Shown one piece after another: positions 1 through 9,690 of a stretch of 32,000 bases of DNA. A model generated the notes under the pieces. It did not search any database, was not told the origin of the DNA, and saw only the letters and a list, made by a program, of their open reading frames with translations. This DNA is from Pyrodictium abyssi. GTDB taxonomy: Archaea > Thermoproteota > Thermoprotei_A > Sulfolobales > Pyrodictiaceae. The position numbers and the translations under genes are program-made. Location: positions 1,020,001-1,052,000 of the forward strand of contig NZ_AP028907.1 of assembly GCF_036323395.1 (NCBI RefSeq), in the 5' to 3' direction. How positions within the stretch are numbered: position 1 is the stretch's first letter; every line of letters starts with the position of its first letter.

Positions 1-104
1 CTCCTTCACCCGCGCTTCTCCGGAACTCCTCGATAAGCCTCTTTAGCTCCCTGGTCGCATTCGTCATCTCTTGGCTGTTAGCGTCTAGAAGCATTATGTC
101 GAGC
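1..104 (-). CDS. N-terminal fragment of a hypothetical protein running off the left edge (partial)
   Basis: The minus-strand frame is open from 219 to the window edge. The first canonical start is ATG at 104, giving MLLDANSQEMTNATRELKRLIEEFRRSAGEG..., a protein-like helical composition. It is too short in this window to assign a family. Confidence 0.25.
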
Positions 105-345
105 GTGGCTACAGCTTCTCCTGCAAGTACGTCCTCTAGGCTGCCCGGGGCCTCCCGCTGCTCTGCTAGGCTGTGAGGGCCGCTGACCAGCGGTAGTAGG
201 TCCTCTTCCGTCTCCCTTCATGCTCCTCTGCAGCGGTTATGTCTGGTATGAAGCGCTCTAGAATCCACTTTAGGGTCTCTTGTTGTAAGCAGGGTTCCGG
301 CTCCGCCGAGGCCTATTAGCTGTATATGACGGAGCGGCACGGCGG

Positions 346-369
346 AGGCCCGGATATAGGCCCGGATAG
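346..369 (+). repeat. tandem 12-nt direct repeat AGGCCCGGATA(T/G) x2
   Basis: Copies at 346-357 and 358-369 differ only at the last base. They lie in the roughly 400-nt ORF-poor region upstream of rio1. Confidence 0.8.
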
Positions 370-508
370 AAGCCTTGTCTCCATTGCGTAGCGTGGCCGG
401 CGCCTTTAAGGAGGGCTAGCGTGCCTGGCACGGGGCTGGGCGTAGGGGTGTTGGCTGCTGGGCGGCCGGCGCTATAAGCGGCTGAAGGATAAGGACCTCT
501 TCGAGACC

Positions 509-1279
509 GTGGAGGAGGTCTGGGACAGGCAGACGCTGCTAGCAGCATACGAGGTGATGAGGCGGCTCCGGCTGGGCAGGTTCGCGGGCGTGCTGAGCGC
601 GGGCAAGGAGGCCCGGGTCTACCGGGCGATAGGCCGGGACGGCCGCGAGTACGCGGTCAAGATATACCTCACAGTGACAGCCGAGTTCCGGAAAAGTATA
701 CAGAAGTACCTGCTCGGCGACCCCCGGTTCGAGAACGTCGACACGAGCAACACCAAGAAGCTATTCTTTGCCTGGGCCCGGAAAGAGTTCCGCAACCTCA
801 AGAGGATGTACGAGGCGGGCGTCCGGGTCCCCCGGCCCATCCTTGTCCACCAGAACATAGTGGTCATGGAGTTCCTCGGCCGCGACGGGCTCCGGGCTCC
901 GACGCTCCACGAGATAAGGCACGAGATAGACCCGGAGCTAGCCGAGCAGCTAGCCCGCGAGGCCATCGACCAGTACACCAGGATATACTGCTGCGCCCGG
1001 CTCGTCCACGCCGACTACAGCGAGTACAACCTAGTCTACCTCGACGGCCAGCTCTACGTCATAGACGTCGCGCAGGCGGTCTCGCTAGAGCACCCCAACG
1101 CCGGAGACTTCCTCCGCCACGACGTGGAGAACATATACAGGTTCTTCGCAAAGCAGCTAGGAGTGGAGCTGCCCGAGCCAGAGGAGCTGCTGGAGCGGGT
1201 GAGAGCATGCCAGACCAAGTGCCCCGAGAAGCGGAGGGAGGAGCAGGGGGGCAGAGAGCAGCAGTACCAGGCCTCCTAA
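509..1279 (+). CDS. rio1: RIO-type serine/threonine protein kinase, Rio1-like
   Basis: 256-aa ORF with RIO signatures: LSAGKEARVYRA (STGKEA-type loop), YAVKIY (ATP lysine), LVHADYSEYNLVY (catalytic HxDxSxxN) and VIDVAQAV (metal Asp). It has no N-terminal wHTH, so it is Rio1- rather than Rio2-type. The start is GTG at 509. The frame stays open upstream to 446 (RRYKRLKDKDLFET) but contains no ATG/GTG/TTG. Confidence 0.85.
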   Translation: MEEVWDRQTLLAAYEVMRRLRLGRFAGVLSAGKEARVYRAIGRDGREYAVKIYLTVTAEFRKSIQKYLLGDPRFENVDTSNTKKLFFAWARKEFRNLKRMYEAGVRVPRPILVHQNIVVMEFLGRDGLRAPTLHEIRHEIDPELAEQLAREAIDQYTRIYCCARLVHADYSEYNLVYLDGQLYVIDVAQAVSLEHPNAGDFLRHDVENIYRFFAKQLGVELPEPEELLERVRACQTKCPEKRREEQGGREQQYQAS

Positions 1280-1839
1280 GGCTCTACGCTAAGCTTCCCC
1301 CGGAGCGCGTAGGCGTACTCATAGGAGAAGGGGGCAAGGTCAAGACCGAGATAATGAAGCGGACCCGTACCAGGATAACAGTGGACAGCACCACGGGCAT
1401 GGTTATAATCGAGCCGGAGTCCCCGGACGTCCCGCCCTTCATGGTCATGAAGGCGCAGGAGATAGTCAGGGCGATAGCCTACGGCTTCAGCCCAGAGCGT
1501 GCCATGAGGCTACTCGACGACGACCAGATACTGGTGGTGGTAGACCTAAAGCAATACGTGGGCGACGCGCCTAACCACCTCCAGCGCGTAAAGGGCAGGA
1601 TTATAGGCGAGAAGGGGAAGGCCCGGAAGACCATAGAGGAGATGACTGGCACCTACATATCAGTGTACGACAACTACGTCGCCATAATAGGCGACTTCGA
1701 GACAGCAAACATAGCCAAGCAGGCGATAGAGATGCTGATACAGGGCCGCCAGCACAGCACAGTCTACAGGTTCCTAGAACGCACAATGTTCCGGGTACGC
1801 AGGAGCCGCATGACACAGCTCTGGGAGCAGCCCCTCTAG
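1207..1839 (+). CDS. KH-domain RNA-binding protein (archaeal Dim2/Pno1-like, two KH modules)
   Basis: Two KH GXXG loops are present (IGEGGKVK and IGEKGKARK). Rio1-KH adjacency is a conserved archaeal ribosome-biogenesis arrangement. The start is ATG 1207 or GTG 1219, overlapping the rio1 3' end by 61-73 nt. Confidence 0.8.
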   Translation: MPDQVPREAEGGAGGQRAAVPGLLRLYAKLPPERVGVLIGEGGKVKTEIMKRTRTRITVDSTTGMVIIEPESPDVPPFMVMKAQEIVRAIAYGFSPERAMRLLDDDQILVVVDLKQYVGDAPNHLQRVKGRIIGEKGKARKTIEEMTGTYISVYDNYVAIIGDFETANIAKQAIEMLIQGRQHSTVYRFLERTMFRVRRSRMTQLWEQPL

Positions 1840-2076
1840 CCCCACACCTTCTCCTCTTCCTCCCCGCCTCTCTAGGGGCCGTGAGGAGGGCCAGGAAAGC
1901 CGACGCCCCACCCCCAGGGGATGGGGTGTCTCCTGAAGGCCGAGCCCCAGCCACCCCTCCTAGAGTCCGCTGCCCCTCAGCGCATACAGCATCTAGGATG
2001 CTTCATCCCAGCCGGCTAGGAGAACCAGGGTATAGGCATAGGAGGGGCTGAAGAGCTGCTAGGAGGCGGTTGTGGT

Positions 2077-2081
2077 AAAAA
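2077..2081 (-). terminator. oligo-T tract (T5 on minus strand) about 45 nt downstream of the cydA' stop
   Basis: Plus strand reads gtggtAAAAAgag. Archaeal termination typically uses short T-runs. Confidence 0.35.
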
Positions 2082-2124
2082 GAGTGGGCCAGTGCGTGTG
2101 CCAGCCTGTGCGGGTTTCCTCGCC

Positions 2125-3465
2125 TTATGCTCTAGCTGCAGCCACCTGCTTCCTCGGCGGGAACAGCAGTATGTATAGGAGGTACACTACTCCTATCATT
2201 AACGCTGCTACGAATACTAGCGTCAATGCCACTACACCAGCATCTACTGCTATACGGTTCACCACCTCGTTTAGGTTGAAGTACTTAGCGATACCCATCT
2301 CTGAGAGTATCGCTGCTGCCTTGCCGCTGCCCTCCAGGAGTACAACGGAGTTAACGGCGCTGACCACAGCCGGCAGCGCCTCAGCAGGTATACTGATGCC
2401 GAAGCTCGGCAGCGCTTCCACCGGCACATTACCAGCCAGCACATCCGGCCACACTGCTATGAAGAATGGGTACTGGCTGAACGCGTTGACGTACTCGCCG
2501 ACAGCTATGGTGGCTAGCGCTGCTAGGCCGCCGTAGAGCAGCAGCTTGGCCTTGCCAGCGTCGAGACTGCCTTTTGCCAACGCTGGCAGAGCGTAGACCA
2601 TGGCTGCTAGCTGTACTAGAAAGAGCAGCATCTTTAGCAGGAAGAGCCAGGACACGCTGTAGTAGGCCTCGCCGCTGCCTACGCTCCAGCCAAGGCCGGC
2701 GAACACGTTGTTGAACTTGTAGGGCACGTTCTGCAGCGATATGGCGTACCAGAAGCCCAGGGCAGCGGTCACGAGCAGCAGTACGAGCGCGGGCTTGGCG
2801 AGCATACTGGCCACGCGTAGTGCTGTCCTCTTCTCCTCCTCGCTCTCTGCGCGGAAGAACGCCTTGTAGGCGTAGGCGCCGGCCACCGCCATGAACGTGG
2901 CGGTGAACGCTGCAGCTATGCTCTTCAGGTAGAGCGGCCAGAACGTCGGGTTCTTTGTCAGCGCTGCCACGACGTCTAGGTATAGCTTGCCCTCGGCGGA
3001 GTCAAAGCCTAGGCCAGCAGGTATGTTGAGGAACGCGAAAACGGCGCGGAACCCTAGGGGTATCAGCAGCGCTGAGACGCCTAGCAGTAGGCCTATCAGG
3101 TTGTGCACCGGGCGGCTCCAGCGGTCCCAGCCATACCAGTACGCTGTTATGGCGAAGAAGTGCAGCGCTATAGCGAGTATCGAGAGCCCGAAGGGTATCA
3201 GTGTTATGTTGCCGGCTACGCCGAGGAACTTGGGGTAGTAGCTCAGCAGGAACACCGTGAACGCTGTGCCGAAGACGCCCGCCACGCCGTAGGTGGCGGC
3301 GTAGAACCTCATAAGCGTCTTAGCGACGTCCTCGAACTCGCGCTCGCCCTGGTCAGCCCTCCTCTTGAAGTAGGGCACTAGCCACGCTAGGCCTATCCCC
3401 AGATTCACCATCACTATGTGTAGCCCGAACACGAATGCTAGGAATAGAGGTGCTAGGCCAGCCAT
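2125..3465 (-). CDS. cytochrome bd-family oxidase second subunit, CydA paralogue (CydA'-like) rather than canonical CydB
   Basis: 446-aa polytopic membrane ORF. Its N-terminal third aligns with the upstream CydA: LHIVMVNLG vs THWAILQYV, and ITAYWYGWDRW vs IYMLWYGWKRL. The helix SIAAAFTATFMAVAGAYAY aligns with CydA SIAHTIGSALTVAGFTAMAGYA, but His is replaced by Ala. ATG 3465 is preceded by GAGGTGG. Confidence 0.7.
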   Translation of the reverse strand: MAGLAPLFLAFVFGLHIVMVNLGIGLAWLVPYFKRRADQGEREFEDVAKTLMRFYAATYGVAGVFGTAFTVFLLSYYPKFLGVAGNITLIPFGLSILAIALHFFAITAYWYGWDRWSRPVHNLIGLLLGVSALLIPLGFRAVFAFLNIPAGLGFDSAEGKLYLDVVAALTKNPTFWPLYLKSIAAAFTATFMAVAGAYAYKAFFRAESEEEKRTALRVASMLAKPALVLLLVTAALGFWYAISLQNVPYKFNNVFAGLGWSVGSGEAYYSVSWLFLLKMLLFLVQLAAMVYALPALAKGSLDAGKAKLLLYGGLAALATIAVGEYVNAFSQYPFFIAVWPDVLAGNVPVEALPSFGISIPAEALPAVVSAVNSVVLLEGSGKAAAILSEMGIAKYFNLNEVVNRIAVDAGVVALTLVFVAALMIGVVYLLYILLFPPRKQVAAARA

Positions 3466-3549
3466 ACCTCGCCACCTCGTCCCTCACAGAGCCTCCGTCC
3501 CACTACCCACCATCCTACACGGCTACACCCAGGGGTGCACAGATGGGGA

Positions 3550-3563
3550 AGTATGTACATACT
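3550..3563. promoter_or_regulatory. perfect 14-bp palindrome AGTATGTACATACT in the cydA-cydA' spacer
   Basis: Verified base by base as its own reverse complement. It lies in the 136-nt gap between the two oxidase genes. Confidence 0.4.
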
Positions 3564-3601
3564 CATGGGTCGGGACCTGGTTATGGATGTGTGTAAAAAG
3601 A

Positions 3602-5383
3602 CTACATGTGCCTGGAGGGCTTTCCTGGTAGCCAGAGGAACCGGTACACAGCATAGACCAGCGCCGCCAGCAGTACTATGAAGTACAGCGATACCAGCGC
3701 TAGCTGCCCAGTAGTCGGCGGGTTAAAGGACCTGGCGATGTCAACCGTCATCACGCCGTATATTGTCCACGGCTTGCGGCCAACCTCTCTGACAACCCAG
3801 CCTAGAGTACTGACCACCTGCGCTGCCACGGCCGCTGCCAGTGCTAGCCTGAGTAGTGTCTTCGGGTAGCGCTCGCGTAGGCCCAGCGCGTTGAGCAAGC
3901 TGTTTGCGAAGCCCCAGCGGTCGCGGAGAGCCACGAGCGCCATTAGGGCGCCGTAGAGGCCTATCAGTATGGCTAGGCCTATCTTGGTGTAGTAGACGTA
4001 GTGGAGCATTATCGGCGGCCGGCAGTCGTCTACCGGCGGTGTACCGGTGAGACTGCACTTACAGTAGTCGCTGGGTATCTTGTCGTAGCTGGGTAGCTCG
4101 GCGTCGGCGGAGCCGTAGGCTATGAGGGCCATTATCTTCTCTAGGTGTAGTGCGCGGGAGAAGCTGAACACGTGCTCACTTGTACCCTCCATTGCTGCTA
4201 GCTTCTCGGGGTTCCAGTGAGCTATAGCGACGCCTAGCTCGTGTCCGCTTATGAAGCCCTGATACACTATAGCTATAGCGGCGAATACGGCGGCAAACTT
4301 GAAGGCCTTCTCCACATACCTACGGTAGCCAGGATCCGCGTTGCTGGGCATTCTCAGCAGCCTCATAGCGTAGCCAGCCATGGCTGTGAAGCCGGCCACT
4401 GTGAGCGCGGAACCTATCGTATGGGCTATGCTCGCTGGGAATACTGGGCTCTTAAACGTGACAGACATGAACCCAACATGGTCAACGGTAGTCATTAGTA
4501 TATAGTCGAGCACATTCTTCACGGGAACCGCTAGTAGCGCCTCTACCGGGCTCTTCGCGCCAGCCAGCATTGCGCCGGGCAGGCCTAGCTTCTCTGCAAG
4601 GGCGTGGACTTGCTCCATTGTGAGCTGCTTTGCCGCCTCAGCGTTTACGAAGCCACCCTTCACGAGTATACTGTCCTTGAGGGCTACGCCGGTCCACGCC
4701 TCACGGACAAGCTGCTGGACAACCTTGACGGGGATAGCCACTATCACCGAGTCCCCGGCGTCGCCTAGCACCTCTACACCAGCAGCCTGGAGCTTAGGCA
4801 CGTCTAGGAGCGCTACTATGTCCTTGGGCATGTAGACGGCTATCTTCGGGTAGCCCTGGTCGTAGAGATAGGTGCCGTCGGGCTTGTAGGCCGGCATTAT
4901 GCCGGTAGGCGCGACCATGTAGCTGTTAACGCTGATAATCATCGTGGCGCTGTACCAGGCGCCTAGGAAGCCGAGGAACGCTACAAACGCTAGAGCCTTC
5001 GGCGGCAAACGCTTCCAGCCGTACCAGAGCATGTAGATGAACACTACCTCCATCATGAAGGCGAAGATCTCCATGTACAGTGGGAAGTAGATGTACCGGC
5101 CGGCGGCCTCTGTGAGGTTCGGCCAGAGCAGTACTAGGCCGAACTCGCTAGCAGTACCCGTGGCAGCGCCCACAGCAAACACTATGATGAAGCCCTTAGC
5201 TAGGGTCCGTGCTAGCCTCATCCAGTCCTCGTCGTGGCTCCTGAGATACAGCAGCAGCGCTATGAACGCCATGAATGGTAGGCCTAGCACGTACTGTAGT
5301 ATCGCCCAATGCGTCTCTATCCCAATGAACGATAGGAGCCTATCGCCAGCAGCCGGGTAGGAAGCCCATGTAGCTACATCCAT
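3602..5383 (-). CDS. cydA: cytochrome bd-family ubiquinol/quinol oxidase subunit I (CydA) with a large extra loop domain
   Basis: 593 aa. The N-terminal His helix (IETHWAILQY), GAATGTASEFG, YMEIFAFMMEVVFIYMLWYGWKRL, VNSYMVAPTG, the His helix SIAHTIG, NPEKLAAMEG and PPIM match the CydA layout. About 150 hydrophilic residues (about aa 162-312) sit between the SYMVAPTG loop and the His helix. Confidence 0.85.
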   Translation of the reverse strand: MDVATWASYPAAGDRLLSFIGIETHWAILQYVLGLPFMAFIALLLYLRSHDEDWMRLARTLAKGFIIVFAVGAATGTASEFGLVLLWPNLTEAAGRYIYFPLYMEIFAFMMEVVFIYMLWYGWKRLPPKALAFVAFLGFLGAWYSATMIISVNSYMVAPTGIMPAYKPDGTYLYDQGYPKIAVYMPKDIVALLDVPKLQAAGVEVLGDAGDSVIVAIPVKVVQQLVREAWTGVALKDSILVKGGFVNAEAAKQLTMEQVHALAEKLGLPGAMLAGAKSPVEALLAVPVKNVLDYILMTTVDHVGFMSVTFKSPVFPASIAHTIGSALTVAGFTAMAGYAMRLLRMPSNADPGYRRYVEKAFKFAAVFAAIAIVYQGFISGHELGVAIAHWNPEKLAAMEGTSEHVFSFSRALHLEKIMALIAYGSADAELPSYDKIPSDYCKCSLTGTPPVDDCRPPIMLHYVYYTKIGLAILIGLYGALMALVALRDRWGFANSLLNALGLRERYPKTLLRLALAAAVAAQVVSTLGWVVREVGRKPWTIYGVMTVDIARSFNPPTTGQLALVSLYFIVLLAALVYAVYRFLWLPGKPSRHM

Positions 5384-5519
5384 GGTCCCTAGCCTCGACT
5401 ATAATGGTTCAGGAGGCACAGTGAGTGGCCATTACATTTGCTCCACGTTCACATACGCTTCATGAACGCGTGTTTTAAATCTAACTGTAATAGCATCAGA
5501 AACAGTCACAAATCGTAAC

Positions 5520-5535
5520 TAATTCTGCAGAATTA
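5520..5535. promoter_or_regulatory. perfect 16-bp palindrome TAATTCTGCAGAATTA upstream of cydA
   Basis: Self-complementary over all 16 nt. It sits in the A/T-rich 289-nt spacer between the cdc48 stop (5673) and the cydA start (5383), about 140 nt upstream of cydA. A TTTAAA element lies at about 5474-5479. Confidence 0.4.
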
Positions 5536-5672
5536 CCACCGTAAAAGCCGCGTAGATACAGCAGAGCGGGCGCGAGAAAGACAGGGCCCTGGAGACACGC
5601 TACACGGCGGCAGGAAGGAGCAGAAGCATGAGAGGGTAAAAAGACAGCCACGGGTTGCCGGGAGCGCTAGCG

Positions 5673-7904
<2,232 letters not shown>

Positions 7905-7911
7905 TTATATA
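7905..7911 (-). promoter_or_regulatory. TATA box candidate for cdc48
   Basis: Minus strand reads TATATAA, 31-37 nt upstream of the GTG at 7874. This is consistent with a leaderless or short-leader transcript. Confidence 0.45.
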
Positions 7912-7993
7912 GTCATGGTTTATGGAGGGCTAGCGCATCCTGCAGACGAGTATTAAGGGTCCCCGGGGCGGTCCCCTAAGGGGGCAGCCAGGC

Positions 7994-8278
7994 GTGGAGG
8001 ACCACGTCTACGAGACATGCCTAGGGCTGCGCGAGGCTCTACGCGTCACTGCTAGGCTACTCTGCCAGCTAGCCCGGCAGCTCGGGTTCTGCGAGCTAGC
8101 GGACGGCGGCGAGCCCCCGATAGAGGACGCAGCGCTCCTCCTCGAGGAGACGGGGGTCGAGCCCCCGGCGCCGCTGCCGAGCCTAGTCGCGAGCTGCAGC
8201 GGCGCCGTGAACGTCTTGCTCCTCCTGGGCAGCGCGGCTAGCCGCATAGGGGTAGCGCCCCTGGGCCGCCCCGCCTAG
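7994..8278 (+). CDS. hypothetical small protein (94 aa)
   Basis: GTG-start ORF with G/C-rich third positions. TATTAAG lies about 40 nt upstream (7951-7957). No recognisable motif was found, and an antisense ORF of similar length also exists, so coding status is uncertain. Confidence 0.35.
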   Translation: MEDHVYETCLGLREALRVTARLLCQLARQLGFCELADGGEPPIEDAALLLEETGVEPPAPLPSLVASCSGAVNVLLLLGSAASRIGVAPLGRPA

Positions 8279-8339
8279 CAGTCCGGCTGCTCCTGGCGAG
8301 CCTCCTATCTAGCCTCGCTACTCCAGCCTATAGGAGAGC

Positions 8340-9611
8340 ATGGGGCGGCGCCTCTTGGCGGGTGCACCGTGCCTGCTCTACGCGGCTTCTCCGCTCCACA
8401 GCCGCTCCTTCCTAGAGAGGCTCCGCAGCAGCATAGCAGCGATGAGCGGGGGCGCGGGGCTGAGAGAGGCCGGCGTGGCGACTAGCCCGGAGGAGGCGGC
8501 GCACAGGCTGCAGGGCTGCCCCTCGGCAGCCATAGTCGTCTCGACCGGGGGCACCGAGCACATAGTGCTGGCAGCGCTCGAGGCCCTCAGGGGCCCCGCG
8601 CTGCTAGTAGCCCACCCCTACGCTAACAGCCTCCCAGCGCTCATGGAGGTGTACCCGCTAGCCCGCCGCATGGGCGCCTCAGCAGTCTTCCTCCCAAGCC
8701 TAGACCCGGGCGACAGGCGCGCCCGCCGCCGGCTAGAGCAGGGCTTGGCGGGGCTCCGCGCCGCTACCAGGCTCCGGGGCGCCCGGCTCGGGCTGATAGG
8801 CCGGCCTAGCCCCTGGCTGGTCTACAGCAGGGTCGAGCCCGGGAGGCTCCGCGAGAAGCTAGGCGTAGAGCTCGTCGAGGTGCCCCTAGAAGAGCTCTAC
8901 AGCGAGTACGAGCTCGTCGAGGCCCCCCAGGGGCTCCTCGAGGAGGTGCTCCGGGGCGCGAGCCGGGTAGAGGTGCAGCGGACAGAGGTCTCCCGGGCCC
9001 TAAGGCTCTACGCTGCGCTCCGCACGCTGGTCGAGAGGCACCGGCTAGACGCGTTCACGATAGAGTGCTTCAGCATCATCGGCCGGCTACGGGTCACAGC
9101 GTGTCTAGCCCTCTCACTGTTCAACGACAGTGGGCTGGTAGCCGGCTGCGAGGGCGACGTACCAGCGACAGTGGCGATGATGCTGGCCTCCTGGGCCTCT
9201 GGCCGCCCCGGCTTCATGGCCAACCCCTCCATAGTAGACGGAGACCGGGTGATGATAGCCCACTGCACGGCGGCCCGGGGCCTAGGCACCGGCTACAAGC
9301 TGCGCACCCACTTCGAGAGCGGCATGAGCGTCGGCCTAGCGGTCACCATCCCCAAGGGCCAGGTTGTGACGCTGGTACGGCTCGACCCCGAGCTCACCCG
9401 GCTACGCGTAGCCCGCGGCACAGTGGAGGAGGGCGAGCCCCGCAGCGAGCTACACTGCCGGACACAGGTATGGGTCAGGCTAGAAGGCGGCGACGCGGAG
9501 AAACTGCTCCGCGACAGCATGGGCAACCACTACATACTAGTCCCGGGCGACTGGGTGGACGCGCTCACAGCAGCGGCCGAGATGCTAGGGCTCAGCGTCG
9601 ACCGGGTATAG
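8340..9611 (+). CDS. L-fucose/L-arabinose isomerase-fold protein (FucI-like, function unknown)
   Basis: 423 aa. The C-terminal half carries the pattern I associate with the sugar-isomerase C-domain: FTIECFSI...CLALSLFNDSGLVAGCEGDVPATVAMMLAS...GFMANP...IAHCT...THFESG. ATG 8340 is preceded by GGAGAG. Confidence 0.55.
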   Translation: MGRRLLAGAPCLLYAASPLHSRSFLERLRSSIAAMSGGAGLREAGVATSPEEAAHRLQGCPSAAIVVSTGGTEHIVLAALEALRGPALLVAHPYANSLPALMEVYPLARRMGASAVFLPSLDPGDRRARRRLEQGLAGLRAATRLRGARLGLIGRPSPWLVYSRVEPGRLREKLGVELVEVPLEELYSEYELVEAPQGLLEEVLRGASRVEVQRTEVSRALRLYAALRTLVERHRLDAFTIECFSIIGRLRVTACLALSLFNDSGLVAGCEGDVPATVAMMLASWASGRPGFMANPSIVDGDRVMIAHCTAARGLGTGYKLRTHFESGMSVGLAVTIPKGQVVTLVRLDPELTRLRVARGTVEEGEPRSELHCRTQVWVRLEGGDAEKLLRDSMGNHYILVPGDWVDALTAAAEMLGLSVDRV

Positions 9612-9690
9612 GCCCCGGCGGCCACCCACATCCGGCCCACGTCCTCCCGCGAGGGGCCTCTATGCGCCCCCTTGTGTTTAACCCCCGGCC

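Noticed and set aside
1989-2003. Small hairpin AGCATC-TAG-GATGCT in the KH/cydA' convergent spacer
   Set aside because: The stem is only 6 bp with a 3-nt loop. It is plausible as part of a terminator region but indistinguishable from chance.
2072-2536. 154-aa ORF antisense to the cydA' 3' end
   Set aside because: It is Ser/Thr/Ala-rich and antisense to a membrane-protein gene. It has no start context.
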